DNA from: Octopus sinensis
Lineage: Eukaryota
Direction of reading: 5' to 3'
Length of the DNA stretch: 8,964 bases
Assembly (NCBI RefSeq): GCF_006345805.1
Contig: NW_021828212.1
Span: 1-8,964, forward strand
Under the pieces are notes generated by a model, which worked only from the letters and a program-made list of their open reading frames with translations, had not been told where the DNA came from and did not search any database. This document shows, in pieces, positions 1 to 7,354 of the stretch (positions are counted from its first letter, which is position 1; every line of letters begins with the position of its first letter). The translations under genes were made by a program, and so were the position numbers.

Positions 1-164
1 CTTAAAAAGAGAAGAACATGGTCCCTTCCTTAACGAAGAGATCTTATCTTATCGCCCATCACTTGTTATGCGCTCACAATTAGTTTGATAGTTGAGCTCT
101 GATTGGCTGTATGCAAATGAGCTCCTAACTGGGGTCCAAAACTCTTGTAGGAAAAAAATTTCGC

Positions 165-503
165 ATCCTGCTCAAAAGGTCCCTGAATAAGTGCTGTTTA
201 AGAGTGTTGAACGAACCACCCATGTTTCCAAACGTGAATTATCCAAACCCCAAAGAATCCCTCTCAACACATGGCTATGATGCTCCCCCACTACTTCTGC
301 TCGTGATCAGAGATGCACATATCGTCAGCCACTAAGGGACATGCTCAACTGGTTAAGGTCAAACAACTGACAAGCAAATCTGTGGTATTGAGCAGAATAT
401 TTGATGTAAAACCCATCTTTTATACCAAGACAAAACAATGTACATGATAACACTTCCAATCAGTTAAGATCAGAAGCCATGGGAGCCACTGCCTGGTACT
501 GCA
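165..503. mobile_element. Probable fragment of an unclassified high-copy interspersed repeat
   Basis: Complex non-coding sequence that resembles a common octopus repeat as I recall it. There is no second copy, TSD or coding signal in the window, so the call and boundaries are unverified. Confidence 0.3.
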
Positions 504-660
504 CCAACAACGCGAGTACGAAGTACATGTAAAGTATTAGCAGACGCTCAGTGAAGGGAAGAAAGATGGTTTAACGTTTCGAGCAGACGTTCTTCTTCAG
601 AAACAGAGGAAAGTCCAATAGAAAAGGAAGACGGAGGAAGAAATTCGCCAACGTAAATAA
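504..660 (-). mobile_element. Probable Penelope-like element (PLE) terminal-repeat fragment or retrozyme-like unit
   Basis: Contains the minimal hammerhead motif CTGAAGA..GAAACGT on the minus strand, a motif associated with PLE termini. No RT or GIY-YIG coding sequence is present. Boundaries are approximate. Confidence 0.45.
569..604 (-). ncRNA. Minimal type I hammerhead ribozyme motif (one stem II mismatch)
   Basis: Minus strand reads GUUU-CUGAAGA-A-GAAC-GUCU-GCUC-GAAAC-GU-U-AAAC. Stem I is GUUU/AAAC, the core is CUGANGA and GAAA, stem II is GAAC/GCUC (3 of 4 pairs), and stem III is a loopless palindromic ACGU followed by UH. Confidence 0.6.
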
Positions 661-665
661 TAACG

Positions 666-694
666 TATATATATATATATAATATATATATATA

Positions 695-733
<39 letters not shown>
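666..733. repeat. Compound microsatellite (TA)n(TG)n(AG)n
   Basis: Directly visible. Confidence 0.95.
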
Positions 734-751
734 AAACAGAACAACAGCAAC

Positions 752-826
752 AAAAGACGGGATGGTTATGGTTGGAATGGCGTTGACGATAGCTCTTCTG
801 GATCAGGATTGTCTCGGGGTTAAATA
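752..826 (+). mobile_element. Short degenerate fragment of the same repeat family as 7355-7905
   Basis: 752-798 aligns ungapped to 7509-7555 at 34/47 identity, starting with the exact 11-mer AAAAGACGGGA. 799-826 loosely matches 7877-7903. Confidence 0.65.
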
Positions 827-871
827 ACCACGAGTGATGCGGAATATACGACTGAAATGTCTGTTTAATGA

Positions 872-990
872 AAGAATTGTTTGGTAGAGAGAGGGGAGGG
901 AATGAGTGGGGGTTGGGAAGAATTCTTTGGTAAAGACACAGAGAGAGGGGGTAGAATGAGGGGGAGAATACTTTGGTAAAGAGAGGTTGG
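872..990. repeat. Degenerate purine-rich tandem repeat, period 46 bp, about 2.5 units
   Basis: AGAAT(T/A)(G/C)TTTGGTA(G/A)AGA recurs at 873, 919 and 965. Confidence 0.7.
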
Positions 991-1069
991 AGTGAGAGTG
1001 GAGGTTCTGAGAGTGAAGGAATTGGCTATGATGTATCATCATCTGACAGAGGTTGTCGTTATTTCAGAT

Positions 1070-1150
1070 GCGGTGGAGGGTGGAGGGTGATGTGGCGGCG
1101 GCGGCGGCCGTGTCGGTGGTGGAGATGCTGATGGTGGTGGTGGTGGTGGA
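1070..1150. repeat. GC-rich (GGC)n/(GGT)n low-complexity tract
   Basis: GGCGGCGGCGGC and (GGT)n runs are visible. Confidence 0.8.
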
Positions 1151-1219
1151 ATGGACTGGTTGTGACAGACATTTCACTTTACAGTTCAACAATTCTGATT
1201 CATTAAATCTCTTTGTCCG

Positions 1220-1350
1220 TCTCTCTGTCTGCCTGCCTGTCTGTCTGTCTGTCTGTATGTATGTTCCTCTCTCTCACACACAAACACACATTCTCTTCCT
1301 CTCGCCATCTCTCTCTCTCTCTCACACACACACATACACACACACACAAA
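1220..1350. repeat. Compound (TCTG)n/(TC)n/(CA)n microsatellite region
   Basis: Directly visible. Confidence 0.9.
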
Positions 1351-1369
1351 TATGTACGTATATATTTTT

Positions 1370-1588
1370 TTATTCTTTTACTTGTTTCAGTTATTTTGAC
1401 TGCGGCCATGCTGGAGCACCACCTTTAGTCGAACAAACCGACCCCAGGATTTATTCTCTGTAAGCCTAGTACTTGTTTTATCGGTCTCTTTTGCCAAACC
1501 GCTAATTCACGGGAACCTAAACGCACCAGCTTCGGTTGTCAAGCGATAGTGAGGAGACAAACACAGGCATACAAACAAACATATGCAT

Positions 1589-1634
<46 letters not shown>

Positions 1635-1820
1635 GCACATACATATATATATATACGACGGGCTTCTTTCAGTTTCCGTCTACCAAATCCACTCACAAGG
1701 CTTTGGTCGGCCCGAGGCTATAGTAGAAGACACTTGGCCAAAGTGCCACGCAGGGGGGACTGAACCCGGAACCATCTGGTTGGGAAGCAAGCTACTTACC
1801 ACACAGCCACTCCTTCGCCT
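1370..1820 (-). mobile_element. tRNA-derived SINE, family 1, copy A (near full length)
   Basis: Minus strand begins GGCGAAGGAGTGGCTGTGTGGTAAGTAGC (A-box-like TGGCTGTGTGG, B-box-like GGTTCAGTCCC), then a CORE-like ACTTTGGCCAAGTG, an internal (TA)n and the tail CAGCATGGCCGCAGTCAAAATAACTGAAACAAGTAAAAGAATAAAA. It is collinear with copies C and D. The octopus OR1/OR2/OK SINEs are candidate names, not verified. Confidence 0.92.
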
Positions 1821-2009
1821 ATGGATTGAAACAAGTAACAGAAAAGAATATAACGAATGAAATTATATTAAAGGAATTTTATGGAACGAGGCGAAGAATA
1901 CAAGAGAAGATGGAAGTACGAAAGCGATTCTGCGCTCCGTCGTGATGAGACGATGACAGCTTTGAAGACGAGTTAACAGGCAAAATGGCGCAGGGATGGA
2001 GCGAAAAGA

Positions 2010-2041
2010 TGGAGAGGAGAGAGAGAGAGAGAGAGAGAGAG
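2010..2041. repeat. (GA)n microsatellite
   Basis: Directly visible. Confidence 0.95.
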
Positions 2042-2152
2042 GATAACATGGCAGAACAGAGAGATTAAAGTTGGTTTAAATACGGTTGGGTTTTTCATTT
2101 TACTACTTCTTTTGTCTCTGTTTGATATGGAGTGATATGAAGGGAAGGAGTT

Positions 2153-2171
2153 GGGGTGGGGTGGGGTGGGG
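2153..2171 (+). other. G-quadruplex-forming motif (GGGGT)3GGGG
   Basis: Four G4 tracts with 1-nt T loops. Confidence 0.75.
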
Positions 2172-2238
2172 ATAGGAAATGCTTTGCTTTTTATTTTGTT
2201 CACAACAAACGTGTCTCACTTGAAATTACATAAACTAA

Positions 2239-2407
2239 GTGTGTGTGTGTGTGTGTGCGTGCGTGTGAGTATTTATCTATTTACATACATGTGTGGGTGA
2301 GTGTTTATAAGTTTGTTATGCGTATGCGTGTGTGTGCGTATATATATATATATGTATATGTGTGTGTGTGTGTATATATATATATGTATATATGTGTATA
2401 TATATAT

Positions 2408-2441
<34 letters not shown>

Positions 2442-2658
2442 GTATATATATGCATATGTATATATGCATATATTTTATTTATTTATTTGCATACATGTGT
2501 GGGTGGATGTTTTTTCTGTGTGTGTGTATATGCATTTATATTATATTTGTGTGTATATATGTGTGTGTACATATATATGCATTTATATTATATTTGTGTG
2601 CATATATATGTGTGTGTGTGTGTGCGCGTGCATTTTTATGTATATGTGTACATATGTG

Positions 2659-2693
<35 letters not shown>

Positions 2694-2710
2694 GTACGTT
2701 TGTATGTATA
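2239..2710. repeat. Long degenerate (TG)/(TA)/(CA) microsatellite field
   Basis: Directly visible; it produces the Val/Cys/Tyr/Ile-rich spurious ORFs. Confidence 0.92.
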
Positions 2711-2777
2711 TGTTATTTTTCCCTTTTAATTTTGCACCCCATTCATTTTTTCCACCCAATCTCTTCCTGTCTTTATT

Positions 2778-2832
2778 CCGCCCCTCCCCTCCCCCACCCG
2801 GCCACCCGGCCACCCAGCCACCCGGCCCCGCG
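2778..2832 (-). repeat. 8-bp tandem repeat (CCACCCGG)x4 plus C-runs; G-quadruplex motif on the minus strand
   Basis: Plus strand CCCACCCGG-CCACCCGG-CCACCCAG-CCACCCGG. The minus strand has about eight tracts of three or more G. Confidence 0.8.
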
Positions 2833-3199
2833 TCATCTTCCTTTCTAACTCCACAGACCCAGATGTATGTATTCCGGTGATAAAGAATGTATTATTGCCA
2901 TGAAACGGAAGAACTGTGAATGGAACCAACTACCTCCACAGACATTATTGCGCGAACAGCCATCCGTGGCACCGCTCCGCACGGCACGGCCTTCGTGTGT
3001 ACTCGAGCGTCACCCACTTACTTTGTCTTAACTATGGAACGACATCAGTGACATATAACCTGGGTAGAACGGAATCGAAAAACAATCAAAATCTAATTTT
3101 TCTCATACACCTCATCAAAACAAACAAACCAAGGTGTCAAGCGAGTGGATGCGAAGATGACAAACAGACAGACACAACACACACACACACACATACATA

Positions 3200-3749
3200 C
3201 GTGTCTTGTGGTAAGAAGCGTGCTTCCCGACCACATGGTTCTGGGTTCAGTCCCGCTGCATGGTACCTCGGGCACGTGCTTTCTACTATAGCCTCGGACC
3301 GACCAAAGACATAAGGTCTAGGGTCGAGTTCTCCGACTAAAACCCGTCAATGCAGTGCTCCAGCATGGCCGCAGTCAAGCAACTGAAACAAGTAAAAAAA
3401 AACTATAAAAGAATATATAATAAACGGAAACGGAAAGAAGCCGGTCATATACGTCGTGTGTGTGTGTGTGTGTATGCATGCATGTATGTACGTATGTATG
3501 TATTTAGGTATTTGTGTGTCTATGTTTGTCCACGCCCCACATCGCTTGACAACCAATTTTGGTGTGTTTACATCCCTGTGACTTAGCGGTTCGGCAAAAG
3601 AGACCGATAGAACAAGTACTAGGCTAAAAAAGACATAAGATCTGGAGTCGAGTTCTCCGACTAAAACCCGTCAAGGCAGTGCTCCAGCATGGCCGCAGTC
3701 AAGCGATTGAAACAAGTAAAAAAAAAAACATAAAAGAACATATAATAAA
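3200..3749 (+). mobile_element. tRNA-derived SINE, family 1, copy B (rearranged, 3' tail present twice)
   Basis: Head 3200-3308 (TGTGGTAAGAAGC, GGTTCAGTCCC), tail copy 3305-3424, body resumes at ACGGAAAC (about 3424) with an internal (GT)n/(GTAT)n, final tail 3629-3749. Confidence 0.9.
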
Positions 3750-3750
3750 A

Positions 3751-4185
3751 TGTTCTTTCTTTGACTTGTTTCAGACATTTGACTGCGGCCGTACTGGAGC
3801 ACCGCCTTAAAGGGCTTATAGTCGAAGAAATCGACCCCAGGACTTATTCTTTTGTAAGCCTAGTACTCATTCTATCGCTCACTTTTGCCGAATCGATAAA
3901 TTACGGGGACGTAAGCACACCAACACCGGTCATCAAGCGGTGACGGGGGGACAAACACAGACACAATGACACACACACACAAATATATTATATATATATA
4001 TATATATATACATACATATATATATATGTGACGGGCTTCTTTCAGTTTCCGTCTACCAAATCCACTCACAAGGTTTTTGTCGGTCCAAGGTTATAGTAAA
4101 AGACACTTGACCAAAGGTGCCACGCAGTGGGACTGAACCTGGGACCATGTGGTTGGGAAGCAAGCTTCTTACCACACAGCCATGC
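3751..4185 (-). mobile_element. tRNA-derived SINE, family 1, copy C
   Basis: Reverse complement is collinear with A and D: GCATGGCTGTGTGGTAAGAAGC head, GTGAGTGGATTTGGTAGACGGAAACTGAAAGAAGCCCGTC, internal (TA)n, tail GGCGGTGCTCCAGTACGGCCGCAGTCAAATGTCTGAAACAAGT. Confidence 0.92.
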
Positions 4186-4565
4186 AGGGTTTTTAAACAT
4201 AGAGGCTTTACTTCTACACACCAGATTAATTCAATTCGTCCTTAGTCAAAATACACCCGTTGTTAATGTCTTGTCATTTGTATTTGTGTACCATTTCTCC
4301 GGGGTTTTTTTCCGTCCCTGTTTTCGTATACATTCGCGACTTTCTTCCAAGGAATCTAGTGCGCTTAGCTTAGTTTTCCTTTGGAGCTGGCCACATTGGA
4401 GCAATCTCGAGTATAACCAGCCGAAATTGCAAAGATAATCTGGAAATCGACTGAGGAAAGAAAACTCCGAATGGCCCGTCCTTGTTGCCCTGTATCGTCT
4501 GCCTGGATGTTTTATTGTCCTTTTTTTGTATTACCTAACTGTCTGGATGTTTTGCGTTCTTGTCC
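4186..4565. mobile_element. Unclassified interspersed-repeat fragment (possibly PLE-related)
   Basis: Non-coding, with an internal direct repeat CTGGATGTTTT at 4503 and 4543, and abrupt junctions with SINE C and the LINE. The resemblance to an octopus repeat is from memory only. Confidence 0.3.
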
Positions 4566-5799
4566 CAGCTCTAACAGTATTATGACTGGGTGTTGAGGCA
4601 GTTACTCAACAAATCAAATGTGGACCTTGATTTTGCAAAAGCTTTTGACAAGGTGGATCATGGTATGATATGTCACAAACTACGTGACCTCGGCATAGCT
4701 GGAAAACTTGGAGTGTGGTTGCATGACTTCCTGAAAGATAGGAGTCAGGCAGTAGTGGTTAATGGAGCCACCTCTATGAACACACAAATAGTGAGCGGTG
4801 TTCCACAGGGCACTGTCTTGGGACCACTGCTTTTTATAGTGGCCCTCTCAGATATGCCCTCAAATGCCCGGATAGCCACTCTGGCCAGCTTGCAGACGAT
4901 ACGAAAGTCTCGCAGAAAATACAGAACCCCAGCGATGTTGCACACCTGCAGCAGGAGTGGACTCAATCTACAGATGGACTGAAGATAATAATATGCAGTT
5001 TAATGCTGAAAAATTCCAGGCACTGCGCTACCAGCATCCAAAACTGAATATTAAACTTACAGGATACACCGGTCCACAGGGAATTTCAATCCCAGAGCCT
5101 AAGTCTGTGAGGGACCTGGGTATCGACATGAGTGATGATACCTCTTTCCAAGTGCACATTACCAGGAGGCGACAAAGTGCAGACGACTGGCTTGGTGGAT
5201 CCTAAGAACATTCAGAACCAGAGATAAGGAAACCATGATGGTCCTCTGGCGGACATTCGTCTCAGTCGCCTGGATTACTGCTCACAGCTATGGTCACCCA
5301 CCAGTGTAAAATTAACAGCGGACTTGAAGCAATCCAGAGAAGATTCACAAAGAAGATCGTCTCTTTGCAACAGCTCAGCTACTGGGAAAGGTTGAAACAG
5401 CTAAGACTCTACTCCCTGGAGAGAAGACGGGAGAGGTATGCAGTAATATATGTCTGGAAGATCCTGGAAGGAATTGTGCCAAATTTTGGCATTGTAAGCT
5501 ACACCAATGCTAGAACGGGACGACACTGCATCGTGCCAAAGATCCCAGCAATGCCATCGCGCTTTAGGACCAGTTACTGCAACAACCTGGGTTTTAAGGG
5601 CCCACAGCTTTTTAATATTCTCCCAAAGAGTCTGAGGAACTTGCACAAAGTAGATGTAGCGGTTTTAAAATCAAAGCTGGACATCTTCCTGTCAAGAGTC
5701 CCAGATGAACCTACCTCACGGCAAGAGGTGCAAATGAGAGTAGCTATATCAAACTCCATTCTTCACCAAGTGCCACATATTAGACGAGGTTCGTCGTAA
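4566..5799 (+). pseudogene. Disrupted LINE ORF2: reverse transcriptase and C-terminal domain
   Basis: Motifs LDFAKAFDKVDH, SGVPQGTVLGPLLF, (F)ADDTK (ADD at 4892-4900), NNMQFNAEK, VRDLGI, LDYCSQLWSP and LSYWERLKQLRLYSLERRRER. The frame is restored across five -1 shifts (about 4890, 4958, 5167, 5262, 5322). There is one in-frame TAA (4572), an apparent in-frame 9-nt loss before LDF, and a natural stop at 5797-5799. Confidence 0.93.
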
Positions 5800-5868
5800 T
5801 AACAGTGTAGCACAAAACGGCGGTGCATCAGCATGGCCGCGGCTCTGAGCTGAAACTAGAAAAAAAAA

Positions 5869-5869
<1 letters not shown>
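4566..5869 (+). mobile_element. 5'-truncated non-LTR retrotransposon (LINE) of the CR1/L2 group
   Basis: RT and C-terminal ORF2 remnant, a short 3' UTR (5800-5859) with stem-loops, then A10 (5860-5869) running into (TA)n. No TSD is visible. Confidence 0.93.

Positions 5870-5901
<32 letters not shown>
5870..5901. repeat. (TA)n(CA)n microsatellite at the LINE 3' end
   Basis: Directly visible. Confidence 0.9.
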
Positions 5902-5903
<2 letters not shown>

Positions 5904-6032
5904 GCTATATCATCTACATACATACTGAAATATGTGTACTGCTACATATGCACTCATTAACATCTAGAGACAGCGCATCATGTTATATACACCAGAGTGG
6001 GACACATAACTTTAATATAAATATATATATAT

Positions 6033-6447
6033 GGCGCAGGAGTGGCTGTGTGTGGTAAGTAGCTTGCTAACCAACCACATGGTTCGGGTTCAGTCCCACT
6101 GCGTGGCATCATGGCAAGTGTCTTCTGCTATAGCCCCGGGCCGACCAATGCCTTGTGAGTGGATTTGGTAGACGGAAACTGAAAGAAGCCTGTCGTATAT
6201 ATGTATTATATATATTATGTATGTGTGTGTGTTTGTGTGTCTGCGTTTGTCCCCCTAGCATTGGTGACAACCGATGCTGGGTGTTTACGTCCCCGTCACT
6301 TAGCGGTTCGGCAAAAGAGACTGATAGAATAAGTACTGGGCTTACAATGAATAAGTCCCGGGGTCGATTTGCTCGACTAAAGGCGGTGCTCCAGCATGGC
6401 CGCAGTCAAATGACTGAAACAAGTAAAAGAGTAAAGAGTAAAGAGTA
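6033..6447 (+). mobile_element. tRNA-derived SINE, family 1, copy D (full length)
   Basis: GGCGCAGGAG start, A-box-like TGGCTGTGTGTGG (6043-6055), B-box-like GGTTCAGTCCC (6087-6097), internal TA/TG tract, 3' stem-loops and an (AAAGAGT)x3 tail. Both flanks are (AT)n. Confidence 0.93.
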
Positions 6448-6511
6448 TATATATATATATATGCACACACACACACACGCATATACACACATAGCACTGT
6501 ATGTATGGCCC

Positions 6512-6557
<46 letters not shown>

Positions 6558-6560
6558 CTG
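6447..6560. repeat. (TA)n/(CA)n microsatellites
   Basis: Directly visible. Confidence 0.9.
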
Positions 6561-6716
6561 CTTATAAAATATTATACATATACAAGTATGCACTCGTGTC
6601 TATTATATGCATATTTCCATAACCACATACCACTCACACGGTTTTATGTACAAATGCTAGAGACACACATCTTTACACAAACAGGCTCAGATTTTGAATT
6701 ACGTCTATAAACACAT

Positions 6717-7105
6717 GTGCGCATCTACGTACACGCACGCATACACACACACACGTTGATACTCACAAATATACCCAAAACACACAAAAGCGCGCGCGCA
6801 CACACACACATTCACAGAAACACACACAAATCTACATACTCACAGAATCACACACACACACACACACACAAATGTACATCCACCCACGCACAAATGCACA
6901 CCTCCACATGCACTAAACATAAACACACACACATACACACACATATTTATACTCACAACTACACACAAAACACACACACACATTTACAGAAACACACAGA
7001 CACATACACACAAACGTACATCCTCCCACATACAAGTCCACACACAAACACACACACCCCACACGCACAAATACACGCACACACACACACGCGCGCACAT
7101 TCAAA
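6717..7105. repeat. Degenerate (CA)-rich simple-sequence field
   Basis: Interrupted (CA)n throughout; it gives the His/Thr-rich spurious ORF 6717-7163. Confidence 0.9.
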
Positions 7106-7354
7106 CATGCAAGTACAGACGTGTATTATCTGCGACTCATCATTATCTCTCTGTTTTGGTTAGAATCACAGAACTTCCGTTGCAATCAGCTGAAGCTGGT
7201 GTTACCTGATAGGAGGTGGGGGAGGGCCCCGGGGGAAGGTCACTAGCTATTTAGCTACGGTCTACTTATGATGACCCTTATAGATAGCAACTGTCTGTGA
7301 GGCTCCCGCAGTAAAAATAACAGACTTCAGCAGATTTACTTCTCCCCCAAAAAG

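Noticed and set aside
316-328. CUGACGA on the minus strand (322-328) as a second hammerhead
   Set aside because: No stem II followed by GAAA, and no stem I or III pairing.
2916-3314. 132-aa plus-strand ORF
   Set aside because: It runs through a (CA)n tract into SINE B and has no recognisable domain.
4447-4480. CTGAGGA...CCGAAT as a hammerhead core
   Set aside because: GAAT instead of GAAA, and no convincing stem II or palindromic stem III.
4745-5759. Minus-strand ORFs 4745-4966, 5401-5646 and 5574-5759
   Set aside because: Antisense shadows of the LINE ORF2.
4555-5880. Target-site duplications around the LINE and around SINE copies A-D
   Set aside because: None identifiable; the flanks are simple repeats or junctions with other elements.
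571-7163. Many ORF-track entries rich in Y/I/C/V/H/T/L/S (for example 1053-1463, 2243-2848, 2301-2729, 6155-6622, 6717-7163)
   Set aside because: They are translations of microsatellites and SINE bodies; the same peptides (for example DCGHAGAPPLVEQ) recur at each SINE copy.
7212-7239. G-quadruplex at GGAGGTGGGGGAGGGCCCCGGGGGAAGG
   Set aside because: Only three tracts of three or more G, and the CCCC/GGGG hairpin competes.
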